A DNA stretch of 64,000 nucleotides from the IMG/VR virus record IMGVR_UViG_3300028883_000005, positions 1-64,000 of that record; one strand, 5' to 3'. The notes under the pieces are model-generated. The model was not told the DNA's origin. It made no database searches and worked only from the letters and a program-made list of their open reading frames with translations. The translations under genes were made by a program, and so were the position numbers. The stretch is from a virus. How positions within the stretch are numbered: position 1 is the first letter of the stretch; every line of letters begins with the position of its first letter. Of the stretch, positions 1-8,284 are shown piece by piece.

Positions 1-708
1 ACTTCTATCAGATACGGTAGAGTCTATTAGACCGAAAGCATTAGGTATATTTCTAATGGAACCGTCGAGCTGAGTGAAAAACTTAGGGTTTTTCATATCA
101 AAAATTTCAGAGAAGGAATAATTCGAAATGTTAGACACAATACCGCTGGCAGTAGAGATAGATCTGATAAGACTTGTTACTTCTCCTTTAGAATTGGTTA
201 GCCTTATTTCTTTTTCTTGGATATTCTTAGCCCCAACAATCTTCTTGAGCTTGGGGCTGTTTCTCACGATATCCCGGATGATATCGTAATGAACAAACTT
301 GGTTTGTTCTTTACTATTAGCACCCAGCATTATCTGAAGTCTAGGCCAGCATAAAAATCTCCAGATTAGTATTAAACACACTAAAAGAGACTTACCTTCA
401 CCTCGCATCCAACATAGGATTATCAAGGTATACACAAACATACCGTCTCTCATTTTGAGGGCTTCCCTGATAACTTCTTTCTGGCCCTCCCACATATCCT
501 TATAGCTTCTTCCAGTTACAGGGTGCTTTTCATCTGTCATCTTGCCCATCAGTACCCACTTCTTTACAGTGCTTACCCTTCCATTCTTTATAGGGTAGAT
601 CTCTAAGCAGGCGTTTTCCTCTGCCCACTGGATAAACCCCTCAGCCCCATTTCGGTACACTTGTATTTTTAGGGCTAGTTCTTTCTTTTCTTCTGAGGTT
701 GTACTCAT
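1..708 (-). CDS. terL: Terminase large subunit, N-terminal ATPase domain (partial, runs off window start)
   Basis: Hand-translated open frame from ATG at 708 to position 1 (not in ORF track). Contains WEGQKEVIREAL (Q motif), LIILCWMRGEGKS (Walker A-like), IMLGANSKEQ, a deviant Walker B (YSFSE) and LIDST (coupling motif). Confidence 0.75.
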   Translation of the reverse strand, partial: MSTTSEEKKELALKIQVYRNGAEGFIQWAEENACLEIYPIKNGRVSTVKKWVLMGKMTDEKHPVTGRSYKDMWEGQKEVIREALKMRDGMFVYTLIILCWMRGEGKSLLVCLILIWRFLCWPRLQIMLGANSKEQTKFVHYDIIRDIVRNSPKLKKIVGAKNIQEKEIRLTNSKGEVTSLIRSISTASGIVSNISNYSFSEIFDMKNPKFFTQLDGSIRNIPNAFGLIDSTVSDRS

Positions 709-738
709 TAAAGGTTCTTTCTATTTAGGATAAAAAGT

Positions 739-799
739 AGACGGGCTCTAAGCGTGAATTCTGCACTTTCTTAGCTATGTCAATGTGTTAGTATGCATT
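739..799. repeat. Dispersed ~60-bp element, copy 1
   Basis: AGACGGGCTCTAAGCGTGAATTCTGCAC...CAATGTGTTAGTATGCATT; matches copies at 13572, 29832, 49263 and 54378. Confidence 0.9.
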
Positions 800-1047
800 T
801 AAATACTACCTTCACTTAAAAAATTATAGATATCCTTAAGTAAAGGCTTGAGTTGGGGCCACTCCGAAACATTCCCGCTAAAGCACCCTCGAGCATATTG
901 CTCTAATCTGAAAGCGAGCTCTAGTCTCAAGTTTTCTTCATCGGGAGGCGTCCATCCTAAAGCAATAAGAGAAGACTTCATCTCTTCTGCTAGAATCTTA
1001 ACTGACCTTTCTGCGATCCTCTTTGCTCTTTCCTTTTCTTCATCCAT
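799..1047 (-). CDS. Hypothetical protein
   Basis: 82-aa ORF co-oriented and tightly packed between the terS candidate and terL. Confidence 0.55.
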   Translation of the reverse strand: MDEEKERAKRIAERSVKILAEEMKSSLIALGWTPPDEENLRLELAFRLEQYARGCFSGNVSEWPQLKPLLKDIYNFLSEGSI

Positions 1048-1049
1048 TT

Positions 1050-1676
1050 TTAATCACTTTCTCTCCTAACAGCACGTTTGAGATTAGGATCCTTCTTGCC
1101 TTCCGGAAACAAAGAGTCCTCAATTTCCTCTCTCATTTCTTCAACCTCTTCACTCATGGCATCCGTATACCCATTGTCTCCATAAGCTTCGGGGTCTCTT
1201 CCTCTGGCGGCTGTCCTTAAGCCCTTGCCGGCGAGCCCCAAAGCTCTATGATATTCCAAATCTATACCTAAAGATTTTTGTGTGCTCTCCACGGCCTGTA
1301 TAGTCTTCCTTATCTCCGCGAAGATGGGATGAACTTTGATAGCACCTTGCGCCGTGGTGTAGCAAACTTCTTCTACGGCATATGCGCGGATTTGGAATCG
1401 TATTAGCTGATGAAAGAGAGGAACTAAATGGAGGGTAACTTTATCCATAAATTCCTGAGTCATTTTGTTCCTTGGTATCTCTATCAAGTGTTTCTGTATG
1501 GCGGCCAGATACTGCATTTCAACCTGGCACTTACCTTGTCTGCTGTAAGGGCAAACCTCGTCCAAAGGACAGCGGTCGTCCCTGCACGGTCTCACAGCAT
1601 CAAACATTAACACTTGGAATCCGTCTTTGGTGAGGCCTTTAGTTGGTCTAGGATTGTAAAGCTCTGTTGTTCTCAT
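1050..1676 (-). CDS. Putative terminase small subunit
   Basis: Upstream of terL. TAQGAIKVHPIF resembles the G-x-x-K-x-H/N-P motif of P27-type small terminases; N-terminal Cys cluster. Start placed at ATG 1676 after AGGAAGGA. Confidence 0.55.
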   Translation of the reverse strand: MRTTELYNPRPTKGLTKDGFQVLMFDAVRPCRDDRCPLDEVCPYSRQGKCQVEMQYLAAIQKHLIEIPRNKMTQEFMDKVTLHLVPLFHQLIRFQIRAYAVEEVCYTTAQGAIKVHPIFAEIRKTIQAVESTQKSLGIDLEYHRALGLAGKGLRTAARGRDPEAYGDNGYTDAMSEEVEEMREEIEDSLFPEGKKDPNLKRAVRRESD

Positions 1677-1689
1677 TCTATTCCTTCCT

Positions 1690-1893
1690 TTAAATTCTAT
1701 TTGCCAGACCCTTAGCAATAATAACAACTCTGTTAAACACAGACTTCTTAGGTAGAGTTCCTTGTAGATCCTCAATACATTTTCGGCAGTACCAGTCTTT
1801 GGGATCTGTTGATCTGGAAACCTGTATTTCTTTATGACATCTTAGGCAACACACCCATTTGGCAGCCATGCATTTCTCCTTCATTTCCTCCAA
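1690..1893 (-). CDS. Small Cys-rich (zinc-ribbon-like) protein
   Basis: CLRC...CRKC pairs in a packed operon. Confidence 0.5.
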   Translation of the reverse strand: MEEMKEKCMAAKWVCCLRCHKEIQVSRSTDPKDWYCRKCIEDLQGTLPKKSVFNRVVIIAKGLANRI

Positions 1894-2444
1894 ATAGCCA
1901 TACCGTTGTAAAATGCTTTGATGGCGAGCTTGTGCTTATATGGTTCCAGAGGCAGTCTTATTTTATTCTCAGCATCTTTAGCTCTTCTAAAACCTATACC
2001 ATAGAGAAACCCCTCTTCAGCTTCTTTGATTTCTGGGGCGGCTGAGAGTAAAATAGTGTTTGACCAAGCTACCAAGTTTCCCAGCAGCTTGCCTGTTTTT
2101 CTCACTACACCTAAAACCTCTATACAAGTTACCAGATCAAACTTTCTCTCTGGTCCCATATTGTCCATGCCCATCCATTCGCACACATCCATTCTATATA
2201 AACGGCTTTCTGGCATTACCATTTCCTCAGGAGTAACATACTTATCTAAACCGTAAGCATCGACTCCTAAGTCCAGAAAGCCCTTCACTAAATCTCCAGT
2301 AGCACACCCTACGTCTAACACACTCTCAGGATTTAGCACTTCTTTGATGGCAGAGCAGATGTGCGGAGCCCTCCATTGCAAGTAGTTCCTCTTAAAAAAA
2401 TAATCTCGATTAAAATAAGAATCAGAGTAGTTCATCTCCCTCAC
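1881..2444 (-). CDS. Class I SAM-dependent methyltransferase
   Basis: VLDVGCATG motif I and FDLVTCIEV; paralog of 51384-51971. Confidence 0.8.
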   Translation of the reverse strand: MREMNYSDSYFNRDYFFKRNYLQWRAPHICSAIKEVLNPESVLDVGCATGDLVKGFLDLGVDAYGLDKYVTPEEMVMPESRLYRMDVCEWMGMDNMGPERKFDLVTCIEVLGVVRKTGKLLGNLVAWSNTILLSAAPEIKEAEEGFLYGIGFRRAKDAENKIRLPLEPYKHKLAIKAFYNGMAIWRK

Positions 2445-2712
2445 CTAATCTGTACTTTTTGCAGCACTCTGGGCACGCCCAAACTAAAGACCCTTTAATA
2501 GGAGACCTAACCTTCCTCCATCCTGCTTTCTTAGCCTCCTCTATTCCTTCAAAAATAGGAATAGACAGCTTGCAAGGTTCTGTGGCTGGTTTTCTCCTAT
2601 GCGATTTGGTGGTGCAAAAGTAGCACGTTTCCACCACTCTAATTACCTCTGGTCCTCTATACCTGTTTGGGCTCTGGACCACCATTCTGTTTATCACCAT
2701 TAGTAACCTCAA
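2422..2712 (-). CDS. Hypothetical Cys-rich protein
   Basis: CYFC...AKKAGW...CPEC pattern typical of small phage zinc-binding proteins; start uncertain. Confidence 0.45.
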   Translation of the reverse strand: MRLLMVINRMVVQSPNRYRGPEVIRVVETCYFCTTKSHRRKPATEPCKLSIPIFEGIEEAKKAGWRKVRSPIKGSLVWACPECCKKYRLGEGDELL

Positions 2713-2899
2713 AGTATTTGTTTATCAGGTCTCTTATTAGGATTAAGAACTCATCGTCTACAGGGAAGGAGTCCCAGGATCCGTGCTCTAATCTTTTAGT
2801 ATGGAGCTCAAGGCCTTCATATTTGCTATCAATAATCTTAGCCTTCATAGCTCCTCTTTCCAACTCTGCAATCTCACTCTTCATTTTAGAATCACTCAT
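2657..2899 (-). CDS. Hypothetical protein
   Basis: Probable start MSDSKM overlapping the upstream stop (ATGA). Confidence 0.5.
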   Translation of the reverse strand: MSDSKMKSEIAELERGAMKAKIIDSKYEGLELHTKRLEHGSWDSFPVDDEFLILIRDLINKYFEVTNGDKQNGGPEPKQV

Positions 2900-3120
2900 G
2901 GCACGCTCCATGTTTCTACCAAATCTCTCACCAGCATCACCCCTGCTAATATGTAAAACAGAAGCATTACCAGGAACAAAGCCAAATGCTTTTTGTTTAC
3001 CTTTGGGTGTGTGGATATGTAATAACGGAAATAGTTTATCCTGAGTGGGGCGGAGCCCCACGGATTTCTGAACCCTTTTTTACTAACCCTAAACAGCATA
3101 AGGCGGCCGATAAAGCTCAT
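2896..3120 (-). CDS. Small membrane protein
   Basis: Hydrophobic stretch HLALFLVMLLFYILAGVMLV; start/stop overlaps with both neighbours. Confidence 0.55.
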   Translation of the reverse strand: MSFIGRLMLFRVSKKGFRNPWGSAPLRINYFRYYISTHPKVNKKHLALFLVMLLFYILAGVMLVRDLVETWSVP

Positions 3121-3320
3121 GGCAGGTATTCCTCAAGTTTGCGAGCACGGATCCTGGTGCGGACGTAGGCTTCGATGGCTCTAGCGTAGAACGTTCCGGG
3201 CTTTAGACCTAAGAACGAAGCTTCTCGCTTTGCGGCTTCGATAGTGATGGGAGTGAGGTGCGTTTGAATTTGCTTACGCTTTTGATTTGGAGGTAGTGGT
3301 TTGCGTCCACGTTTAGCCAT
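3117..3320 (-). CDS. Ribbon-helix-helix-like DNA-binding protein
   Basis: MAKRGRKP basic N-terminus then a strand-helix-helix pattern; AAGGAG RBS; first gene after the minus-strand promoter. Confidence 0.6.
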   Translation of the reverse strand: MAKRGRKPLPPNQKRKQIQTHLTPITIEAAKREASFLGLKPGTFYARAIEAYVRTRIRARKLEEYLP

Positions 3321-3344
3321 ATGTTACTCCTTTAGTATGCCTAA

Positions 3345-3374
3345 TGTATAGCACCCTCGTAGATGGAATGTCAA
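3345..3374 (-). promoter_or_regulatory. Sigma70-like promoter for the leftward operon
   Basis: Minus strand TTGACA-N18-TATACA with TGn extended -10. Confidence 0.6.
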
Positions 3375-3753
3375 GGCTTAAATTTTTACCTCCAAAAAGG
3401 GGCCCTCTGAGGGGGGTAGAAAAGAGGGTATTGGAGAATTTATGAGGTTTTACTTCGATGGTTAGCGACGATAATTAGGAGAGTAACTTATACGACGGTT
3501 AAAGATCTGAACTAAGTTTTTTGGCGAATTCTGGGTTCGACTGTGGTCGGTACCCCGTCCCCGCACCGCACCGACCCGCCGCAACATTTACCGAGGGGTA
3601 TGCTACAAAAAATGAAGCAAACCATTCGCTTGTCCGCTCTGCCTACCACCCCGCCAGCCACTCACTTGTCCTGCCTATCATTCGCTCGCCCTGTCTGCCA
3701 GCCGATCACTCTGCCTGTCGCCCAATCGTTCGTCCAGCCAATCGTTCGTCCAC

Positions 3754-3903
3754 TGAAGCTGATTCATTTATTGTTACTACTGTTATATTTTATTTCTCCC
3801 TGTACTAACTAAATGTAATAAAACAAAATGAAGTTGATTCATTTATTGTTACTACTGTTATATTTTATTTCTTCCCTACATTAGCTAAATGTAGTAAAAC
3901 AAA
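3754..3903. repeat. Two tandem ~75-bp AT-rich repeats
   Basis: TGAAG(C/T)TGATTCATTTATTGTTACTACTGTTATATTTTATTTC...AAATGTA(A/G)TAAAACAAA at 3754 and 3829; preceded by CCAATCGTTCGTCCA x2 (3722-3752). Confidence 0.9.
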
Positions 3904-3931
3904 TTAATTTTTGTTTAGGCAATTTTTTTTC

Positions 3932-3960
3932 TTGACACGCCCTGCCCTTGTATATATAGT
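3932..3960 (+). promoter_or_regulatory. Sigma70-like promoter
   Basis: TTGACA-N17-TATAGT with a T-tract upstream. Confidence 0.75.
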
Positions 3961-4015
3961 GTGTGTAACATTTAATTTTTCTTTTAATTTCATTACAAAC
4001 GAAAGGGGTCGAGAC

Positions 4016-4444
4016 ATGACAAAGAAACAACAACAACAACTGGATAAGGTTTTCGCACTGTACAATGACAGCGCAGCACGGGAGACTGAAGAAAGCGCGG
4101 CGGCTTATGCGAAGCTTCAACAACTTTGCAAGAAGTACAGTGTTGACTTTGAGGCTTTTCTGAAGTCGAAGGGCGCGGGAGTTGAAACGCAAGAAGAAGC
4201 GAAGGCAGAGGCGACGGTCGTTGACTTCATGCGAAGTCGTCGGGCGTACATTATTGAAAAGCTGCAAACGGGGCTTTATGACAAGGCGACACTTGCTGAA
4301 GAAGTCGCGCTTTTCTTCAGTCAATACGGGGACATGAAGAAAAACAAGGCTGCAGTTTCAGGTACAATTTACGACTTGACGCAGCACGGTAAAGCTTCAT
4401 GTCGCACTTGTGAAGACGGTAGACTTATTTTCAAGCTGAAATAA
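4016..4444 (+). CDS. Early protein: DUF2786-like N-terminus plus a putative helix-turn-helix-like domain shared with 11104-11574
   Basis: ATG 4016 after AAGGGGTCGAGAC. EESAAAYAKLQQLCKKY resembles DUF2786. C-terminal SRRAYIIEKL...NKAAVSGTIYDL aligns with the paralog. Confidence 0.7.
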   Translation: MTKKQQQQLDKVFALYNDSAARETEESAAAYAKLQQLCKKYSVDFEAFLKSKGAGVETQEEAKAEATVVDFMRSRRAYIIEKLQTGLYDKATLAEEVALFFSQYGDMKKNKAAVSGTIYDLTQHGKASCRTCEDGRLIFKLK

Positions 4445-4451
4445 GCTAGGT

Positions 4452-4490
4452 AAAAGCGCACTGTATGCTACTATGTACAGTGCGCTTTTT
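4452..4490 (+). terminator. Intrinsic terminator-like hairpin
   Basis: AAAAGCGCACTGTA / TACAGTGCGCTTTTT perfect 14-bp stem just after the stop codon. Confidence 0.7.
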
Positions 4491-4576
4491 AGCGCAGAAT
4501 TTACGCTGAGACTGCGCGAGAAGCTGACGGATATAAAACAGTCGAAGTCTTTTTGACACATGCGAAGGAGGCTGAA

Positions 4577-4657
4577 ATGAGCAACTTGGGAGCGGCGGCT
4601 TTGATGGCGGCGATTTGGGCACTGGTCGGGTTTGGCTACTTTTGGTTTTCACTTTGA
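4577..4657 (+). CDS. 26-aa single-transmembrane peptide
   Basis: AAGGAGG RBS; MSNLGAAALMAAIWALVGFGYFWFSL (below ORF-track cutoff). Confidence 0.6.
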   Translation: MSNLGAAALMAAIWALVGFGYFWFSL

Positions 4658-4671
4658 GGAAGGAGGTCAAG

Positions 4672-4758
4672 ATGAAGGCATGGGATTGGGCAGCGGTGGT
4701 GGTGCTGGCGATTGGCATGATGGTTTTCGTGGCGCAGTGGGCGGCTTTGATGGAATAG
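4672..4758 (+). CDS. 28-aa single-transmembrane peptide
   Basis: AAGGAGG RBS; MKAWDWAAVVVLAIGMMVFVAQWAALME. Confidence 0.6.
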   Translation: MKAWDWAAVVVLAIGMMVFVAQWAALME

Positions 4759-4768
4759 GAAACAAGAT

Positions 4769-4809
4769 AAAATGAAGCTGATTCAGGAAACAGGTCAGCT
4801 TCATTTTTT
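4769..4809 (+). terminator. Terminator-like hairpin
   Basis: AAAATGAAGCTGAT / GTCAGCTTCATTTT stem with a T-run. Confidence 0.6.
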
Positions 4810-4823
4810 GGCTGGAGGGAGGC

Positions 4824-4886
4824 GGTGTGGTTCAAAGATTGAAGCTGGTTCAGTGGTGGGGTGTGGTTCAAAGATTGAAGCTGGTT
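4824..4886. repeat. 27-bp direct repeat x2
   Basis: GGTGTGGTTCAAAGATTGAAGCTGGTT at 4824 and 4860. Confidence 0.9.
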
Positions 4887-5422
4887 TGGTAGTGTGGTCT
4901 ACGGGAGATGGTGCGGTCATGTGATGGCGCTGAGCGAATGAGCTATGAACTTTAACATGCTGAACCAATCCCATATTGCGGGGCTGGTGCGAGTCCCAGA
5001 ATCTTATATCCTTCCAGATTCTTAAAGTCCTTGATTCAAAAACATATATCCTTTTTCTCTGATGATAAATACAAATCTAAATTAAAATACATTACACTTC
5101 CATCATCTATACCCTCTTTCTTCTACTACTACACTACAGCACACTTACTGATTAACTTGACATGATTTAATCCTTCACCTACCCTCAATACATTGTTTTT
5201 ACAGTGTGCTTTCACAATCTTGATTATTTGCCAGTTGTTTCTTGGTGTATTGACCTTTCTTCTTTCAGCTGATTCTGATTATTGATACTTATCTCACTTT
5301 TAGCCCTTCGATTTGTCGTTGTGGGTGAGCAGAGCTGGTGTTATCCCTACCTTATCCCTCTTAACGTATCGCTTTCTGGGGTGGTTAAATTAAAGCTACA
5401 ATTTAATTGGAGGAATTGCAAA

Positions 5423-5457
5423 TTTATCTTGTTACCGTGTGTTATACTTGTTATATT
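5423..5457 (+). promoter_or_regulatory. Phage TTTATC-type sigma70 promoter
   Basis: TTTATC-TTGTTA-N17-TATATT with TGn; same design recurs at eight other sites. Confidence 0.7.
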
Positions 5458-5498
5458 GAAATTAAATGAAGTTGTTTTTTCTGGAGGAGGTTAAGATA

Positions 5499-5765
5499 AT
5501 GAAACAATTTTTAAAGGTGGCTGGGGCAAGTGAAATAAGCATTTGGAGAGATGAAAAGACAGTTGAGAAAATTATAGTCGAGAAAATTATGGTAGAAAAG
5601 GGGGAGACAGAAAATTTGGAGGCATTGAAAAACTTGCGAGACGATGGCGAGTGCTTTCACATTAATGAGTTTTGCTGCGGTGATTGGGATAACTGTACTT
5701 GTGACCAAGAAAGTCGCAGCTACCAAACCATTTCTGACAACATTTTATATGTAGCTTTCACTTAG
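5499..5765 (+). CDS. Hypothetical early protein
   Basis: GGAGGAGG RBS; Cys cluster CCGDWDNCTC. Confidence 0.65.
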   Translation: MKQFLKVAGASEISIWRDEKTVEKIIVEKIMVEKGETENLEALKNLRDDGECFHINEFCCGDWDNCTCDQESRSYQTISDNILYVAFT

Positions 5766-5776
5766 GAGGTGAAAGA

Positions 5777-6220
5777 ATGGAAAAGCAGAGCATGGTGAAT
5801 GCGGTTTCTTCTTTCGGTTACAATCAATTTCATATTAATGATTTGATTGAGAAGTCAGGAAGAGGGAGGGGAGCGGTGAACTACTTTCTTCTGAAGGAAA
5901 TGAGCAATGGAAGAATCAAGAGAGTAGAAAAGGGAATGTACAAAGCAACCGCACCGATTAAAGAAAAAACTTCTGAAAAGAAGGAGGTTTCGGCGCTGGA
6001 GGTCGGGAACAGCATTATTGAGTTGGTGGAGTCACTGAGGGAGGAAATAAAGGAACTTAAAGAGGAAAAGGAGGAGCTGAAGGAGGAGGTGGAGGAACTT
6101 AAGGGTCTGATGGACGACTACGATTCGATTCTTAACTGCAACAGGGAACTTCAGGGGAGAGTGCAGGAACTTTCTTTGGAGATTGTTAGTCTTAAAGGCG
6201 AGAAGAAATTAGAAATTTAG
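5777..6220 (+). CDS. Winged-helix plus coiled-coil protein
   Basis: AGGAGG RBS; wing-like GRIKRVEKGMYK followed by a long heptad-rich tail. Confidence 0.65.
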   Translation: MEKQSMVNAVSSFGYNQFHINDLIEKSGRGRGAVNYFLLKEMSNGRIKRVEKGMYKATAPIKEKTSEKKEVSALEVGNSIIELVESLREEIKELKEEKEELKEEVEELKGLMDDYDSILNCNRELQGRVQELSLEIVSLKGEKKLEI

Positions 6221-6231
6221 GAGGTGGGAAA

Positions 6232-6483
6232 ATGAAAGTTATGTTTAAGGTAATAGAATGCGAAGAGGCAATTAACCAGGTTTACAACATATGCGACGAG
6301 TTTGATGTCGCAGTCTTCTGGGAGGTATGTGAGGAAAGGACGCTTTTCGCAGTGATAGAAAGGGTGGAGGGAGAAAAGTGGAAGGAGTTGGAAAGGAGGA
6401 TACAGGAAGTCTTCGGAGATGGATACGACGTTACGATTCTTCATTATGAGCTGGAGATTCTCGTGATTCACAGAAAACAGTAG
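6232..6483 (+). CDS. Hypothetical early protein
   Basis: GGAGGTG RBS; acidic 83-aa ORF. Confidence 0.65.
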   Translation: MKVMFKVIECEEAINQVYNICDEFDVAVFWEVCEERTLFAVIERVEGEKWKELERRIQEVFGDGYDVTILHYELEILVIHRKQ

Positions 6484-6551
6484 TTGGTTAGTTGGTTTCT
6501 GTGTGCTTTCTTGGAGGAGGAAGCACACAGACGGGAATTAACCAGCAACTA
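6481..6551 (+). other. Intergenic long hairpin with 4x4 internal loop (candidate RNA processing site), copy 1
   Basis: GGTTAGTT/AATTAACC lower stem, GGTT/CGGG loop, TCTGTGTGCTT/AAGCACACAGA upper stem; ends at the next RBS. Confidence 0.6.
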
Positions 6552-6564
6552 GGGAGGTAGAAAA

Positions 6565-6867
6565 ATGAAGGCACAGGACTTGATAGATAGTCTGAGAAAA
6601 GAGGGAGTTGATTTGAACAAAACGGTTGCTGTTTCTAACAGCACAATGGCGGTTAATTACGAAGGAAGAGACGGATTGATAGTAGAAGCGGCGGTTCTGG
6701 GAATGGACGTTGAACCTCTTCTTAGAGTCACAGCAACGGAGGAGGACGATTGGTTTCAACCACACATTGTCATTGGAGAGCTGAGTAGACTTCGGTTTGT
6801 TTCTGAAGAGCTGGGAGACGATGTGTATGAAACAAGCTTGGAAGACTGGATTAAAGAGTGGGTATAA
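6565..6867 (+). CDS. Hypothetical early protein
   Basis: GGGAGG RBS; 100 aa. Confidence 0.65.
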   Translation: MKAQDLIDSLRKEGVDLNKTVAVSNSTMAVNYEGRDGLIVEAAVLGMDVEPLLRVTATEEDDWFQPHIVIGELSRLRFVSEELGDDVYETSLEDWIKEWV

Positions 6868-6887
6868 CTAAAGGAGGTTGAAAAGAA

Positions 6888-7217
6888 ATGGAATATACGA
6901 TGGAGGAGGCAGCTAAGGCTGTAGGAAAAGAACGAATTAACTTGGTGATGTGGGAAAGGAGAGGTCTTATACCTTCTCCAGACCGCACAAAACGCCCCAT
7001 GACATTTAGTGCTGAGGAGGTTAGGCAGATAAAACTGTTTTCTATGTTGATGGACAGTGGGGTGGCTGGAGAGAACGCAGCTAGGCTGGCAGAAGAGCTA
7101 ATAGACTGGGAAGGTAAAGTCTTTATTTCTTTGGATGGTTGGTACATTGGAGAACTTAGAGCAGATGTTGAAATTCCAGTATCTGTTGCTCTGCTTATCA
7201 ACCTGGACGAAGTATAA
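6888..7217 (+). CDS. MerR-family helix-turn-helix protein
   Basis: YTMEEAAKAVG...LVMWERRGLIPSPDR...FSAEEV MerR pattern. Confidence 0.75.
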   Translation: MEYTMEEAAKAVGKERINLVMWERRGLIPSPDRTKRPMTFSAEEVRQIKLFSMLMDSGVAGENAARLAEELIDWEGKVFISLDGWYIGELRADVEIPVSVALLINLDEV

Positions 7218-7260
7218 TTCACATCTAACTACCTTCAAGAAAATAAAAGGAGGAGAGAAA

Positions 7261-7401
7261 ATGGCTAAGAATGTAGAGATCAAAAACGATGGTAATGGGA
7301 ACTCCTGGACTGTAACGGTAGGAAAGAGAGTACTGGCTAAGGGCGTAAAGTACGACTACGCCTGGTTCAGGAAGGTTTACTACGAGACCTTTGGGCAGTA
7401 G
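7261..7401 (+). CDS. Small hypothetical protein (46 aa)
   Basis: AGGAGGAGAG RBS before ATG 7261. Confidence 0.6.
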   Translation: MAKNVEIKNDGNGNSWTVTVGKRVLAKGVKYDYAWFRKVYYETFGQ

Positions 7402-7402
7402 T

Positions 7403-7456
7403 CTGTTGGTCGGTTTCTATGCTTTGCTTAGGCAGAGCATAGATGCAGATTAACAG
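7403..7456 (+). other. Intergenic long hairpin with 4x4 internal loop, copy 2
   Basis: CTGTTGGTC/GATTAACAG, GGTT/TGCA loop, TCTATGCTTTGC/GCAGAGCATAGA. Confidence 0.6.
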
Positions 7457-7479
7457 GTCATCTAAAAAGGAGGTTAGAA

Positions 7480-7797
7480 ATGGATAAAAAAGATTTGATA
7501 GAGGCTATAGATTCTATGGCAGAGGTGATGGGCTTCTCTGTAGAAAAGACGGTGTCTGAGGAATCGGAGTCTGAAGACTCAACCACAGGTTCTAATAGTG
7601 TCGTTTATTTAGTGGTGGTTCGTGTGGATGTTCAAGAGTTTAAAGAGTTTGAAGAAATAGACCAGTTCTGCGATGGTGTAAAGACTTACCTTTTCCTGAG
7701 ACATGGCTTCAACAGTTTTCGTATTGTCTCGATGAGACACCTGATGAAGCCTGGAATTATGCAAGTATCCTTTCTTATGAGAGAATTTGGAGGCTAA
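7480..7797 (+). CDS. Hypothetical early protein
   Basis: AAGGAGG RBS. Confidence 0.65.
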   Translation: MDKKDLIEAIDSMAEVMGFSVEKTVSEESESEDSTTGSNSVVYLVVVRVDVQEFKEFEEIDQFCDGVKTYLFLRHGFNSFRIVSMRHLMKPGIMQVSFLMREFGG

Positions 7798-7799
7798 TT

Positions 7800-8012
7800 A
7801 TGTCAGAAATTTGGCTAGGTTCTATTAAAGATACCAGATGTCCAGGATGCAACAAATGGAGACCGTGTTCCAGGATTATCCCTTTAGTAAATAGTATCGA
7901 ACTCCATTACCATTGTGTATGCAACAGGAGTTGGATTTTCCGTTTGCCTATTCCTGACAAGCCAGATGTTGTATATGCCCACACGAAGGAAGGTATTAAA
8001 ATAATAGCCTAG
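7800..8012 (+). CDS. Small zinc-ribbon-like protein
   Basis: CPGC...HCVC; GGAGG RBS. Confidence 0.6.
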   Translation: MSEIWLGSIKDTRCPGCNKWRPCSRIIPLVNSIELHYHCVCNRSWIFRLPIPDKPDVVYAHTKEGIKIIA

Positions 8013-8098
8013 AAAATTCTTCCTGAGGTAGAAAATATTATCTTGCTATTTCTTTGATTATTAGTCATTTTATATAGAAAAAGACTTGAGGAGGTTAA

Positions 8099-8275
8099 AT
8101 GAGAAGATATTTGGTCAAATGCTTATACGATTATAGCCAAGTAGTAAGGAGAGAAATTAACTTGGACCACTCTAAAAATAACGTCCCTAAAGAATATCCT
8201 TGCATTGTGGTGGTAGGATACTCGGGGGCTGGGTGGGATGAGTTAATTTTTATTTACCCTTCAGAATTCAACTAG
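8099..8275 (+). CDS. Small hypothetical protein (58 aa)
   Basis: GAGGAGG RBS downstream of a TTATC-TTGCTA promoter-like site at ~8038; not in ORF track. Confidence 0.55.
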   Translation: MRRYLVKCLYDYSQVVRREINLDHSKNNVPKEYPCIVVVGYSGAGWDELIFIYPSEFN

Positions 8276-8284
8276 GAGGTTAGC

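Noticed and set aside
3521-3812. ORFs in the divergent region
   Set aside because: No RBS, low-complexity translation across repeats; likely non-coding.
3754-4886. CRISPR array from the 75-bp and 27-bp repeats
   Set aside because: Only two copies each, no unique spacers of regular length, no cas genes.
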